A DNA stretch of 64,000 bases from Sedimentisphaerales bacterium (GTDB taxonomy: Bacteria; Planctomycetota; Phycisphaerae; Sedimentisphaerales; SM23-30). The notes below the pieces were generated by a model. The model made no database searches, was not told where the DNA came from, and was given only the letters and a program-made list of their open reading frames with translations. The number at the start of each line of letters is the position of its first letter. Within the stretch, counting starts at the first letter, position 1. Shown here piece by piece: positions 7,133-17,919 of the stretch. The position numbers and the translations under genes were made by a program. The stretch is from assembly GCA_963663965.2 (NCBI GenBank), contig CAXXFK010000020.1:128001-192000 (forward strand), in the 5' to 3' direction.

Positions 7133-9511
7133 TCAATCGGGCCACTGGAACTGATCGAACTGGGGTTTGTCCACGCCATATTGGTAGGCGTAATTCTGGC
7201 ATTCGATCTGCATATTGCGCATCTTCTCTTTGACGTGGGCGCCGGCGACATGGAGGGCCGGGACCCGGTCGATGACATCCATGGCCAGGCTGAACCGGTC
7301 GATCTGATTGCGAATCGCCAGGTCGAGGGGGGTATTGATGTTGCCCTTTTCCTTATAGCCGCGCACATGGAGGTTGCGATGGTTGGTTCGCCGGTAGGTT
7401 AAGCGGTGAATCAGCCAGGGGTAACCGTGGAAATTGAAGATGATCGGCTTGTCTATGGTAAACAGGCTGTCGAAGTCCCGGTCGGACAGGCCGTGCGGAT
7501 GCTCGGTGGCAGGGGTCAGTTTGAACAGATCGACCACATTGACAAACCGGATTTTCAAATCGGGGAAGTGCTCGCGCAGCAGGACTACCGCCGCCAGCGC
7601 TTCCTTGGTGGGGATATCGCCCGCCGAGGCCATGACCACATCCGGCTCGACCCCGTCGTCGTTGCTGGCCTGCTGCCAGAGGCCGATCCCCTTGGTGCAA
7701 TGGGCCACGGCTTCCTCCATGTTCAGGTACTGCAAATGCTTCTGCTTGTCGGACACAATTACGTTGATGTAGTTGGTACTCCGCAGGCAGTGATTGGCTA
7801 CGCTCAGCAGGCAGTTGACATCCGGCGGCAGATAGATTCGGCAGACATCCGGGCTTTTGTTACAAACCACATCCAGAAAACCGGGGTCCTGATGGGTGAA
7901 GCCGTTGTGGTCCTGGCGCCATACTGTTGAGGTGATCAGCAGGTTCAGCGAGGAGATCGGCGAGCGCCAGGGTAACTGGCGGCAGATCGCCAGCCACTTG
8001 GCATGCTGGTTGAACATCGAATCGATCACATGGACAAACGCCTCGTAGGTGGAGAAGAATCCGTGCCGTCCGGTCAGCAGGTATCCTTCCAGCCAGCCTT
8101 CCAGGGTGTGTTCCGAGAGCATTTCGAGCACCCGGCCATCCGGCGCCAGTTCGCCGCCATCGGCGTCCTCCGGCAGATAATCCGCCAGCCACAGTTTTTT
8201 GCTCGCCTCATAGATCGCATCCAGTTTGTTGGAGCTGTTTTCATCCGGACCAAAAACACGGAAATTGGTCATATTCTGGCGCATGACATCGCGTAAAAAC
8301 CGGCCCAGCGGGCGGGTGTTTTCGGCGGTGATCTGGCCCAGCTTTTCCACCGGGATAGCGTAGTCCTGAAATTCCGGCATACGCAGGGGCTTGCGCAACA
8401 GACCGCCATTGGCGTGGGGATTGGCGCTCATCCGGCGGGTTCCCCGGGGAGCCAGCGCTTTTAATTCGGGAATCAACCGGCCCTGCTGATCGAAGAGGGT
8501 CTCGGGCTGGTAGCTGCGCAGCCAGGTCTCCAGCTGGCTTAGATGGGCGGGTTTTTCGCGCAATCCGCTCAGCGGCACCTGATGCGCCCGCCAGAATCCT
8601 TCGACCTTTTTGCCATCCACTTCAGCGGGGCCGGTCCAGCCTTTGGGACTTCGCAAGACGATCATCGGCCAGCGCGGGCGGGTGGGCCGGCCGCTACTGC
8701 GCGCCTCCTGCTGGATGCGGCGGATCTCCAGAACACAGGCTTCCATGGTCGCGGCCATTGCCTGATGCATCGCCATGGGCTCGTGGCCTTCGACAAAATG
8801 GGGCGTCCAGCCGTAGCCGGTAAACAGGGCCGCCAGTTCCTCGTGCGAAATCCGCGCCAACAGGGTTGGATTGTTGATTTTGTAACCGTTCAAGTGCAAT
8901 ATTGGCAATACCGCCCCGTCCCGGATCGGATTGAGGTATTTGTTGGAATGCCAGGAGGTGGCCAGCGGGCCGGTCTCGGATTCGCCGTCGCCTACCATGA
9001 CCGTTACGATCAGATCGGGATTGTCGAACGCCGCGCCGAAGGCATGGGAAATACTATAGCCCAGTTCGCCGCCTTCATGAATGGAGCCGGGGGTTTCGGG
9101 GGTGCAATGGCTGCCAATGCCGCCGGGAAAGGAGAACTCCTGGAAGAATTCGCACATTCCCTCTTCATCTTCGCCCTTGTTGGGATATACTTCGGAATAG
9201 GCGCCTTCCAGATAGACCGGCGCCAGTACGCCCGGCGCGCCATGGCCCGGTCCGGCCAGGAAGATCGCGTCCAGATCATACTTGTTGATCAAGCGGTTCA
9301 TGTGTATGTAAGTAAAGCTCAGGCCGGGACTGGCGCCCCAATGGCCCAGCAGCCGCTGCTTGATATGTTCCGGCTTGAGCGGCTCGCGCAACAGGGGGTT
9401 GGCCTGCAGGTAGATCATCCCCGCCGCCAGATAATTACAGGCCCGCCAATAGGCATCCAAACGGGATAACTCATCGGGCGCCAACGTCTGACTCTCTTTC
9501 GAATTTGACAT
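7133..9511 (-). CDS. xfp: Xylulose-5-phosphate/fructose-6-phosphate phosphoketolase
   Basis: [23 protein letters not shown] motif [14 protein letters not shown]...[21 protein letters not shown]; 792 aa. Confidence 0.97.
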   Translation of the reverse strand: MSNSKESQTLAPDELSRLDAYWRACNYLAAGMIYLQANPLLREPLKPEHIKQRLLGHWGASPGLSFTYIHMNRLINKYDLDAIFLAGPGHGAPGVLAPVYLEGAYSEVYPNKGEDEEGMCEFFQEFSFPGGIGSHCTPETPGSIHEGGELGYSISHAFGAAFDNPDLIVTVMVGDGESETGPLATSWHSNKYLNPIRDGAVLPILHLNGYKINNPTLLARISHEELAALFTGYGWTPHFVEGHEPMAMHQAMAATMEACVLEIRRIQQEARSSGRPTRPRWPMIVLRSPKGWTGPAEVDGKKVEGFWRAHQVPLSGLREKPAHLSQLETWLRSYQPETLFDQQGRLIPELKALAPRGTRRMSANPHANGGLLRKPLRMPEFQDYAIPVEKLGQITAENTRPLGRFLRDVMRQNMTNFRVFGPDENSSNKLDAIYEASKKLWLADYLPEDADGGELAPDGRVLEMLSEHTLEGWLEGYLLTGRHGFFSTYEAFVHVIDSMFNQHAKWLAICRQLPWRSPISSLNLLITSTVWRQDHNGFTHQDPGFLDVVCNKSPDVCRIYLPPDVNCLLSVANHCLRSTNYINVIVSDKQKHLQYLNMEEAVAHCTKGIGLWQQASNDDGVEPDVVMASAGDIPTKEALAAVVLLREHFPDLKIRFVNVVDLFKLTPATEHPHGLSDRDFDSLFTIDKPIIFNFHGYPWLIHRLTYRRTNHRNLHVRGYKEKGNINTPLDLAIRNQIDRFSLAMDVIDRVPALHVAGAHVKEKMRNMQIECQNYAYQYGVDKPQFDQFQWPD

Positions 9512-9635
9512 AAAGACCCTTTCTAACCGGTCGGGCCGGTTTTATGACATCGCGTTTTTTGCGGAGGAACCCCCCTCAGTCTGCCGCAATGGTTCCATGA
9601 CTGTTTCCCATGAACATTTATCTTCCTCGGTCCTT

Positions 9636-12182
9636 TCATCGTTGCCAGATAATATAATTGGCTTCCAGCGGAACCGCAACACCCGGCCGGTGGGGAATGA
9701 TCCGCGGGGTATAATCATCCGCCGGACGGTTGGCCGGAACAATCGCCGTATACCAATGCCCTTCACCATGACCGGCGCCATCGCCATCCGGCTTCATTTC
9801 CTGCCGCATCTTATCCCGGTTGGGACCCCCCTCGGCATACAATTCAACCCGCACTTCATCAGGATTGAGCCCATTAAGAAAAACCTCCGTCATAAATCGA
9901 TAAGCATCGGTCCGGGTGTCGATCTCCAGGGTCCCAAACCGGACCAGGCTCCACCGATCTTTGAGTTTTGACAACCATTCGGCAATTTGCCCGCCAACTT
10001 CCGCCTTGGCGGCGGCTCGCTCATTATACTTTCTGGCGGCGGGTATATAATAGTGTTCTGTGTACTCGCGCACGGTTCGATTGGCAGAAAACTGAGCCGT
10101 CAGGGTTGCCATGCTTTCGCGCACCCGGCCAATCCAGGCCCGGGGCAGCCCCGCGCTGTCCCGGTCGTAAAACTCCGGGGCAACTTGCGATTCCAGCAAA
10201 TCAAAAAGCTGTTCGGCCTCCGCCCGGTCCCACGCCGGATCGTCACCATGCTCGCGGCCATCGCCCAATGCCCAACCCACCTCCGGCCGGTAAGCCTCCG
10301 CCCACCAGCCATCCAGTTCCGACAGATTAATACCGCCGTTAACCAATACCTTCATTCCGCTGGTTCCGCTAGCCTCCCATGGCCGGCGCGGCGTATTGAG
10401 CCAGACATCCACACCCTGAACCAGATGCTCTGTCAGGCTCATATCATAATCGCTTAAAAATATTACCCGGCCCTGTACCTCCGGCCGCCGGATAAATCCG
10501 GTCCACTCCTTTATCAGCGCCTGTCCTCCCGCATCCGCCGGATGCGCCTTACCCGCGATGATCAACTGCACCGGACACCGAGAGTCGGTCAGCAATCGAA
10601 TCAATCGTTCCGGATCGAAAAGCAGCAGATTCGGACGCTTGTAAGTGGCGAACCGGCGCGCGAATCCCAGAGTCAATACCCCGGGCTCCAAAACTGTCCG
10701 GGCCGCTTCCACCTCGTCCGACGACGCGCCGGAGGTGGCCCGTTGCAATGTCAGCCGGCGGCGGGCATAGTCGATCAGAGCGCGGCGGCCCTCGTTGCGA
10801 AAGTTCCAGAGCTCCTCATCGTCAATATGCCGGACATCCGGCTCGCAAGTCTGGTCCGCCTTACGCCAGCGGTCTTTGCCGCACGCTTTGGTCCACAGGC
10901 CATCGGCCGCTTCCGAATCCCAGCTTGGAACATGGACTCCGTTGGTCACGTGCCCCACCGGGATCTCCAGTTGCGGCCAGCGGGGATATAGCGGGCTGAA
11001 TAACTCGCGGCTGACCTCGCCATGTAAACGGCTGACCCCATTGGCCGCCCCGCAACCGCGCAATGCCAGATACGCCATATTGAAAGGCTCCGCCGGATTG
11101 CTGCCATTGAGTCGCCCCAGGGCCAGCAACTCATCTCCGGATAATCCCAGCCGTTTCTGTGCGTAGCCGGCCAGATAATAATAGATCAGATCGGGAGAAA
11201 AACGATCGAAGCCGGCCGCCACCGCAGTATGGGTGGTGAACAGATTGCCGGCCCGAGTTACTGCCAGGGCGATATGAAACGGTTGACCAGTCTCCGCCAT
11301 AAAATCAGCCGCTCGCTCCAGTATGGCAAACGCCGCGTGCCCCTCGTTCAAATGGCACACTTGCGGCGGCATTCCCAGTTCCCTTAACAGCCGCCAGCCA
11401 CCGATGCCCAGCACCATTTCCTGCTTGAGTCGCAGTTCAGAACCACCGCCATATAACTCGCTGGTGATTCCCCGGTGTGCCGGGAAATTCGCGGCGTCGT
11501 TGGTGTCCAGCAGCAATAATCTGACAGAACCCACCTGAGCCTGCCATGCGCGCAGCCAGACGGAATAACCGGGCAATTCGATTTCCAGTCGCAACCACTG
11601 ACCATCGGGTTTACGCAGGGGCGTTATGGGCAACTGCGACGGATCATTGTAAGGATACCACGCCTGTTGTTCGCCATTCTTACCGATGATCTGCCGAAAA
11701 TAACCCTGCTGATACAGCAGGCCCACGCCCACTACTGGGACACCCAGATCGCTGGCCGCTTTTAACTGGTCGCCCGCCACATTGCCCAGCCCGCCCGAAT
11801 ATATCGGCAAGGCCTCGCTCAGCATAAACTCCATGCTGAAATAAGCCACACTCTTCAGCCCGCTAGTCCCATGCTGTCGTTCAAACCAAGTCGCATGGCG
11901 CGACTGTTCCCGCTTAATTTTTACAAACTCATCGAGTTGGTGACGAAAAACCGGATCCCTCAGGATATCGTCAAGACGCGCCCGGGCGACGGACTGAAGA
12001 ATCACCCAGGGATTCCGGGTCAATTCCCATAACGCCGGATCGAGCTGCTGCCAGATTTCATCGGTCGAGTGGCTCCAGGACCAGCGTAAATCCAATGCCA
12101 GCTCGGCCAGTAAATCGAATCCCTCAGTTGCATCCGGGTCATTGGTTCGGCCTGAACGGTTAAGCTTTTCCTCACGTTTCAT
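9636..12182 (-). CDS. glgP: Alpha-glucan (glycogen/starch) phosphorylase
   Basis: AYFSMEF...YSGGLGNVAGD, HLNEGH, FARRFATYKR, AGKAHP and the PLP-lysine motif EASGTSGMK. Confidence 0.96.
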   Translation of the reverse strand: MKREEKLNRSGRTNDPDATEGFDLLAELALDLRWSWSHSTDEIWQQLDPALWELTRNPWVILQSVARARLDDILRDPVFRHQLDEFVKIKREQSRHATWFERQHGTSGLKSVAYFSMEFMLSEALPIYSGGLGNVAGDQLKAASDLGVPVVGVGLLYQQGYFRQIIGKNGEQQAWYPYNDPSQLPITPLRKPDGQWLRLEIELPGYSVWLRAWQAQVGSVRLLLLDTNDAANFPAHRGITSELYGGGSELRLKQEMVLGIGGWRLLRELGMPPQVCHLNEGHAAFAILERAADFMAETGQPFHIALAVTRAGNLFTTHTAVAAGFDRFSPDLIYYYLAGYAQKRLGLSGDELLALGRLNGSNPAEPFNMAYLALRGCGAANGVSRLHGEVSRELFSPLYPRWPQLEIPVGHVTNGVHVPSWDSEAADGLWTKACGKDRWRKADQTCEPDVRHIDDEELWNFRNEGRRALIDYARRRLTLQRATSGASSDEVEAARTVLEPGVLTLGFARRFATYKRPNLLLFDPERLIRLLTDSRCPVQLIIAGKAHPADAGGQALIKEWTGFIRRPEVQGRVIFLSDYDMSLTEHLVQGVDVWLNTPRRPWEASGTSGMKVLVNGGINLSELDGWWAEAYRPEVGWALGDGREHGDDPAWDRAEAEQLFDLLESQVAPEFYDRDSAGLPRAWIGRVRESMATLTAQFSANRTVREYTEHYYIPAARKYNERAAAKAEVGGQIAEWLSKLKDRWSLVRFGTLEIDTRTDAYRFMTEVFLNGLNPDEVRVELYAEGGPNRDKMRQEMKPDGDGAGHGEGHWYTAIVPANRPADDYTPRIIPHRPGVAVPLEANYIIWQR

Positions 12183-12530
12183 GGCAAATTCGCTTTCATG
12201 TGTTCAAGTTCCGATCGGACCGGCCTCCGGCCGGATAAGATGAACCGATCATTTACATCATAGCCCTGCCGAAAATCGTTTTCCATGCCAAATTTATTTT
12301 AGACACTACATTAAACATTACTTTTTATTTAATAGAGAGTTACACACAGAATGCCTGGCCGATATCCACCAATATTGGCCAGTATTTGACGGCACTGTGA
12401 GACCTCCAAGGCCTGTAACATCAGGCTGGTTTTGATGGTTATATCAATATTTTATGCAATTCTCTATCCAACATCACGTAATATTATTATTAACAAGGGT
12501 CTGCAACCTCTATAGCAAGGAACTGAACTT

Positions 12531-13754
12531 ATGAAATTATTTACATGGCTTACACGTATCTTGCCGGTTATTGGGATTGTTTGTGTGAGTGGTCTGGCGG
12601 CCTGGGGGGAGGGTGAGCGTTTCGAACAGGACCGGTTCGCGATCGGGTTCTGGGTGGATCCGCCGGCGGATGAGACAATGGACCTGCGTTACCGGGAAAT
12701 TGCCCAGGCTAATTTTACTTTGGTGATTGGCGGTTTCGGGGCCAACAACAAAGCCGCCGTGACCCGGCAGATCGAGCTTTGCGAAAAATATGATCTAAGA
12801 TTGATCGCCCATCTGCCATTGACCGACATAGGAAACCTGCCCGAATCGCCGGTGTGCTGGGGGTATAGTATCCGCGATGAACCCTCGACCCGGGATTTTC
12901 CTGCGTTGAGCGCCACAGTCACCAAGCTCCGTCAGCAGGCGCCCGGTAAGCTGGCCTATATCAATCTGTTTCCGAATTACGCCAACAGCGCGCAGCTGGG
13001 CGCGGACAGTTATGATGAGCATGTCAGCCGGTTTGTCAATGAGGTCGATCCCGATGTGCTGAGTATGGACCATTACCCGAAAATGACGCCCAGGGCGGAT
13101 GGCCGCCAGGGGTATTGCGATAATCTGGCGGTGATGCGGAAGTATTCCCTCGAAAAGAACATTCCGTTCTGGAACTTCTTTAATACCATGCCCTACGGGC
13201 CCCATTATGATCCCACCGAAGCGCAGTTGCGCTGGCAGATTTATACCTCGCTGGCCTATGGCGCCAAGGGGGTGCTTTATTTCTGCTATTATACCCCGGC
13301 CGGGGGCGAGTTTCCCAAGGGCGGCGCGATTATCGCCCGGGATGACCGCAAAACCCGCCATTACGAAGAGGCCAGGCGCATCAATCATGCCATAAAAAAC
13401 CTGGGGCCCACGCTGATGCAGTTAACCAGCAGGGCGGTTTATCGGGTCCGGCCGGAAGATCAGCCGGCGGACATCCTGAAAGGATCGCCCATCCGGGAGA
13501 TGACGCCCGGCGATTACCTGATTGGCGAGTTCCGGCACAAAGATGGTCAGCGGGTGGTTCTGCTCAACAATTATGACTTTGCTTACGCGGCCTGGCCCAC
13601 GGTGACCTTCGACACCCAGCCGGCGGTCGTCTATGAAATTGATCAGGAAACCGGACAGAAACATCCGGTTATCGATGACAGCCCGGCGATGGAGGGTTTG
13701 CAGATTTCGCTGGACGCGGGGGGTGGACGATTGTTTATAATGGCATCGAATTGA
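12531..13754 (+). CDS. Secreted putative glycoside hydrolase (TIM-barrel, clan GH-A-like)
   Basis: AAGGAA RBS, signal peptide, GYSIRDEP, YINLFPNY, LSMDHYP and LRWQIYTSLAYGAKGVLYF motifs. Family not assignable by eye. Confidence 0.65.
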   Translation: MKLFTWLTRILPVIGIVCVSGLAAWGEGERFEQDRFAIGFWVDPPADETMDLRYREIAQANFTLVIGGFGANNKAAVTRQIELCEKYDLRLIAHLPLTDIGNLPESPVCWGYSIRDEPSTRDFPALSATVTKLRQQAPGKLAYINLFPNYANSAQLGADSYDEHVSRFVNEVDPDVLSMDHYPKMTPRADGRQGYCDNLAVMRKYSLEKNIPFWNFFNTMPYGPHYDPTEAQLRWQIYTSLAYGAKGVLYFCYYTPAGGEFPKGGAIIARDDRKTRHYEEARRINHAIKNLGPTLMQLTSRAVYRVRPEDQPADILKGSPIREMTPGDYLIGEFRHKDGQRVVLLNNYDFAYAAWPTVTFDTQPAVVYEIDQETGQKHPVIDDSPAMEGLQISLDAGGGRLFIMASN

Positions 13755-13765
13755 ACTTAACCGAT

Positions 13766-15112
13766 ATGAACCTGATAAACCGAACTATTATCTTTCTTAT
13801 TCTGGTGTTGTCTGGCTTGATAGTTTCGAGTGTCTGGGCTGAGAAGCCGGTGGCCGGCGATCCCAATGCCCTGATAATTCCTCATCGCGGCGCGTTGGCG
13901 GGAGACCGTTACCGGGTTGTGGTGACCTCCGATATTGGCGGGACCGATCCGGATGATTTTCAATCCATGGTGCATCTGCTGGTTTACGCGGACTGCTTCG
14001 ATCTGGAAGGGCTGGTCGCGTCGCCTTATGGCGAGGGTCGAATCAGCGATATTCTAACAGTGATTGACTGCTATGCCCGGGATTATCCGAACCTGAAAAC
14101 CTATTCCGACCGCTACCCCACCCCGCAGGCCCTGCGCGCGATCACCAAGCAGGGCGCCCTGGCGAGGCCCGGCCTGGCCGGTGTGGGCCAGAGTACGGCG
14201 GGCTCCGACTGGATTATCCGATGCGCGAAGCGTGAGGATCCGCGCCCGCTTTATCTGCTGGTGTGGGGCGGAATCGAAGACCTCGCCCAGGCGCTGCATG
14301 ACGCGCCGGAGATTCTGCCGAAATTGCGCGTCTATATGATTGGCGGGCCGAACAAAATGTGGAGTGTGGATGCTTATCAATACATCGCCGAGCATCATCC
14401 CGAACTATGGATAATTGAGGCCAACGCCACATATCGGGGCTGGTTTACGGGTGGGAATCAGCAAGGCGAGTGGGGTAACCAAATGTTTGTCAGTTCGCAT
14501 ATTGCCGGGAAAGGCGCGCTGGGCAGTTACTTTGCCACACACCTTGGAGGCAAGATCAAGATGGGCGATACACCCTCGGTGGCCTGGCTATTGCGGGGCA
14601 CCCCGGACGATCCATCGCAGTTGAGCTGGGGCGGTACGTTTGTGCGGATCTGGGATGGCCGCCGGACTGTTTTTAACCGCCTGACCACCGAGGCGGATCA
14701 GGTGGAGGTTTTTGGTGTGGTTGAGTTTGCCCTTTCGGTTCCCAAAGGGTTGAGTCATTTAAATACAGTCCGTGTTGTCTTTGATAACCGCATTTCTGCG
14801 GTGTGCAGTATCGAGGGAGAAGTATTGAGGTTCCGTTTTTCGCCGCGTGACGCCAAGGTGTGGCCTTATGTGATTCACAGTGAAAATCCCGGACTCGATG
14901 GCTGGTCGGGTGAGTTTGCCGCCGTGCTGCCTACGGTGGAACGGAGGGGCCGCCGTTCTTTGCGATATCCCAACTGGTGGATCGATGATCCCGATCCGGC
15001 GGTTGCTGAAGGGGTTCATCCCGGCGCAAAAAGCGTGAACCGGTGGCGTGAAGAGTTTCTACGTGATTTTGCCAACCGGATGTTACGCTGTCAATCGCCC
15101 TGTGGGCAGTGA
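13766..15112 (+). CDS. DUF1593 nucleoside-hydrolase-like secreted protein
   Basis: Signal peptide; RVVVTSDIGGTDPDDFQSMVHLLVYAD, RPLYLLVWGG..DLAQAL, MGDTPS, SWGG and RWREEFLRDFANRM. Confidence 0.85.
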   Translation: MNLINRTIIFLILVLSGLIVSSVWAEKPVAGDPNALIIPHRGALAGDRYRVVVTSDIGGTDPDDFQSMVHLLVYADCFDLEGLVASPYGEGRISDILTVIDCYARDYPNLKTYSDRYPTPQALRAITKQGALARPGLAGVGQSTAGSDWIIRCAKREDPRPLYLLVWGGIEDLAQALHDAPEILPKLRVYMIGGPNKMWSVDAYQYIAEHHPELWIIEANATYRGWFTGGNQQGEWGNQMFVSSHIAGKGALGSYFATHLGGKIKMGDTPSVAWLLRGTPDDPSQLSWGGTFVRIWDGRRTVFNRLTTEADQVEVFGVVEFALSVPKGLSHLNTVRVVFDNRISAVCSIEGEVLRFRFSPRDAKVWPYVIHSENPGLDGWSGEFAAVLPTVERRGRRSLRYPNWWIDDPDPAVAEGVHPGAKSVNRWREEFLRDFANRMLRCQSPCGQ

Positions 15113-15184
15113 AACGCCATCAGGTTCCGGCCGAGTTGAACGCTATGCCGGGCAACTGAAGATGGATGTCGGTTATGATGGTTT

Positions 15185-15973
15185 TTAATCGCCGGTAGCC
15201 GATAAAAACGCGCAGAGATCGGGGTCTTCAACGAGCCAGAATTGAACGAAAAGGGTGAGGTCCTGATAGTCGATGAGGTTGTCGGGATGGAGATCGAACC
15301 GGGATTCCTGGGGGACATTTAACCAGTTACGGAAGAGCAAGACGCAATCGTGGAGATCGACGCGGCAATTGTGATCGAAATCGGCCGGGAGATCGGGGCC
15401 GACAAGCGCGACGGAATCGAGATCGGTGGTCTCTTCGATGATGCTGCCGAATTCGGCTGAGATGCGCAAGGCGGTGAGGTTACTCATGACCGCGGCGAAA
15501 TCGGCCTCGCTGACGAGGGCTCCGGATTTGGAATTATAGTGAAATGTTGCGGCGGTTAACGGAATGGCATAGCGGGTCCAGCTGGTGGCCGGCAGTGGCC
15601 CGATGGGCGCGACAATCATAAGACCGTTGCCGACCAGCACGACGATATCCGTTTCGGTCCAGTTGTTCATGGTCGAGCGTAAACTGAACTTCAACGCGCC
15701 CCCGATTTTTTCGACCTGGTTGCCCAGGAATTCCGCAGGGGCGGCAAAGAAAAAGCAGTTGCCCGAAGGATCATGGCGGCCGATGTAGCCGCCGGTATCG
15801 CCGGCGGCGGCAGTGTGGTTGACGGTATAGCTGCCCAGGAGGGTATTGTAGTTGGAACAGCCGGCGTCGAAGATGGTCCAGCCCTGTGAATCGGAGGTGA
15901 AGTCACTGACCTGGCCGGGGCACAAACCGCACATTATCATGATGAGCAACAAAAAAGCTATATGTTTCCGCAT
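15185..15973 (-). CDS. Secreted laminin-B (domain IV)-like protein with dockerin-like C-terminus
   Basis: Likely start MRKHIAFLLL at 15973 (AGGAGG RBS). FFAAPAEFLGNQ...GGALKF, FAAVMSNLTALRISAEF and DLDSVAL motifs; tail ADFDHNCRVDLHD...DLHPDNLIDYQDL...WL. Confidence 0.8.
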   Translation of the reverse strand: MRKHIAFLLLIMIMCGLCPGQVSDFTSDSQGWTIFDAGCSNYNTLLGSYTVNHTAAAGDTGGYIGRHDPSGNCFFFAAPAEFLGNQVEKIGGALKFSLRSTMNNWTETDIVVLVGNGLMIVAPIGPLPATSWTRYAIPLTAATFHYNSKSGALVSEADFAAVMSNLTALRISAEFGSIIEETTDLDSVALVGPDLPADFDHNCRVDLHDCVLLFRNWLNVPQESRFDLHPDNLIDYQDLTLFVQFWLVEDPDLCAFLSATGD

Positions 15974-16082
15974 CGAGGCGCCTCCTGAGCTATAAACATT
16001 GGAATAATACCGATGGCGCTGTTCAAAAGCACCCTTAGTATGTTGTATTATCTGAGGGGGGATAGCGATTATCCCCCCCTTA

Positions 16083-16204
16083 GGGACCGTAAATAAATAA
16101 CTACTACAATTCTCGTTCCATCTTGCCGCCATCTTCAGCCGCTTCTCAATCGCGCAAACCTCGACATAGAATAGCTATGCCTGCGGTTTCGCTCAATCGG
16201 CGCG
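16083..16204 (+). mobile_element. Truncated copy of MITE-like family B (left end plus internal hairpin)
   Basis: Preceded by TTA. First 70 bp match 38406-38475 at 65/70. Internal stem-loop GCGCAAACC..CATAG-AATAG-CTATG..GGTTTCGC. Right end absent. Confidence 0.75.
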
Positions 16205-16789
16205 ACGGCGTCTGATCAGGGCCAGTCCACCCAGTGCGAAAATGGAGAGCGTGGCCGGTTCGGGCACGATCTGGATGTTATCAATCCAGATGGTCGATCC
16301 AGATCCGGTATTGGTAATAAACATTAATTCGGCCCAGTCGCTGCCATTGGCAAAAGCGGCGTTCACGTCAGGGGTAATATCCCAGGAAACCGAAAAGGTT
16401 TGCGGACTCCATGGGACACCGGGCTCGACGGTACCGAGATCTTTCCAGCCGGTCACATCGCTGTTAATAATCAAGGTAAACTGCATCCACCAGCTGGGGA
16501 TCTGGTTATTATCATTGCGCATGGTAATATCGGCGGTAATGGCGGTGGCCTGAGCCAGTTCGGTATCTAAAGAGTCAATGGGTTTTTTCATGGCCGATTT
16601 CCAATCGGCGGGCACCACCAGTTCCAGCGAATTGACACCATTAGTTGCGCCAAACGCGGCAATCGATGACGTGGCGTTTTCCATGATCCAGCCATCCGTA
16701 TCCCCTTCAAAATTGCCAATGATGGAAGCCGGGCAAGCCCAAGCCAGACACAGAACCGATAGAATTGACAATACCAACAAATGCTTCAT
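16193..16789 (-). CDS. PEP-CTERM protein with carbohydrate-binding-like beta-sandwich
   Basis: CAGGAG RBS, signal peptide, GNFEGDTDGW...IWIDNIQI, C-terminal VPEPATLSIFALGGLALIRRRR. Confidence 0.9.
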   Translation of the reverse strand: MKHLLVLSILSVLCLAWACPASIIGNFEGDTDGWIMENATSSIAAFGATNGVNSLELVVPADWKSAMKKPIDSLDTELAQATAITADITMRNDNNQIPSWWMQFTLIINSDVTGWKDLGTVEPGVPWSPQTFSVSWDITPDVNAAFANGSDWAELMFITNTGSGSTIWIDNIQIVPEPATLSIFALGGLALIRRRRAD

Positions 16790-17147
16790 TTTCTTTTCTC
16801 CTGAGTATAATCAACGTTAAAGACCAACAGGGACACCCTGTCCGATTTAAAAATACTTAGCACACCTAACAAAATGAATTAACTATTTATTATAGCATTA
16901 TTCTAGCAAAAATGAAATTTTTAAAAAGGGCGATTTACGAATCAAACGTGAATAACAAACAGATCCGCCGTAATCTGGCAAAACTTTAGCGATTATAACG
17001 ATTGCCATTAACCATGACTCGATGATGCCGGGACTGTTTTAAACCGATTGGAACACCGCAAGTTATTCTCAAAATCTGCTATGATCGTTAAAATTTATCT
17101 ATATTGTCATAACTATATATATTAAGTTTCAATATAAAATATTATTC

Positions 17148-17176
17148 TTGACATTGAGGCGTTAATCGGGTAGAGT
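17148..17176 (+). promoter_or_regulatory. Sigma70-like promoter for the 17298 gene
   Basis: TTGACA-N17-TAGAGT, with an AT-rich upstream region. Confidence 0.55.
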
Positions 17177-17297
17177 GTGGATTAGCACTGGAATGAGAAG
17201 AGAAATACCCGGTATGGTATTTCCCTGTTAATTACGTCCGCGGAGAATTGATTCTCTGTGGGGAAAAACTGTGAATAGAGTACCAACTCAGGAGAAA

Positions 17298-17822
17298 ATG
17301 ATGAGAAAATGTGTTTGCCTGCTGGCGGTTATGGCCGCCCTGTCAACTGCGTCGTTCGCGAATATGACCTATGATGTCATCGCCAAGGATCATACGATTC
17401 AGAATCCGCTGGTGACTGATATTTATCTGAACATCGGTGATCAGCTGACCGTAAGCGCTGATGAAGATGATACCTGGAGCGCCGGTTCCGGCGCGCGCAT
17501 TTCCAATGCCGACGGTTTACATAATTTTAACGAGTATGTTTATGATGGTTTCAGCTTCCGTTATGGATCGCTGATTGGCCAGATCGGAGATGGCGATTAT
17601 TTCTTTATCGGCCTGAATTACAATAAGGCGGCAAACGAAGCCGGTTATCTCAAGTTGATGTACTGGGATTCGAATTATGGCGACAACTTCGATTCGATCG
17701 AAGCGGTAACCTCTTATGTTCAGGTATCGCCTCCGACCGCCGCGGTTCCGGCTCCGGGCGCATTGATTTTAAGCTCGCTGGGCACCAGCCTGGTGGGTTA
17801 CCTGCGCCGCAAGAAAAACTAA
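17298..17822 (+). CDS. PEP-CTERM-variant (VPAPGA) protein with PA-IL/LecA-like lectin domain
   Basis: CAGGAG RBS before ATG 17298; signal peptide; GDQLTVSA..DTWSAG, GSLIGQIGDGDYFFIG, LKLMYWDSNYGDN; tail VPAPGALILSSLGTSLVGYLRRKK. Confidence 0.8.
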   Translation: MMRKCVCLLAVMAALSTASFANMTYDVIAKDHTIQNPLVTDIYLNIGDQLTVSADEDDTWSAGSGARISNADGLHNFNEYVYDGFSFRYGSLIGQIGDGDYFFIGLNYNKAANEAGYLKLMYWDSNYGDNFDSIEAVTSYVQVSPPTAAVPAPGALILSSLGTSLVGYLRRKKN

Positions 17823-17850
17823 TCTTACCCCCAAAACTCCTTTTTCCCAT

Positions 17851-17891
17851 AAGCCGCCTTTTGTTACATGCAAAAGGCGGCTTTTTTGTTT
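17851..17891 (+). terminator. Intrinsic terminator
   Basis: 13-bp perfect stem AAGCCGCCTTTTG/CAAAAGGCGGCTT followed by TTTTGTTT. Confidence 0.85.
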
Positions 17892-17919
17892 GGGCATGAC
17901 TATCGCCGTTCAGGCGCTC

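Noticed and set aside
15974..16132. N-terminal extension of the laminin-B-like ORF
   Set aside because: It runs through a hairpin and the MITE; a strong RBS and signal peptide begin at 15973.
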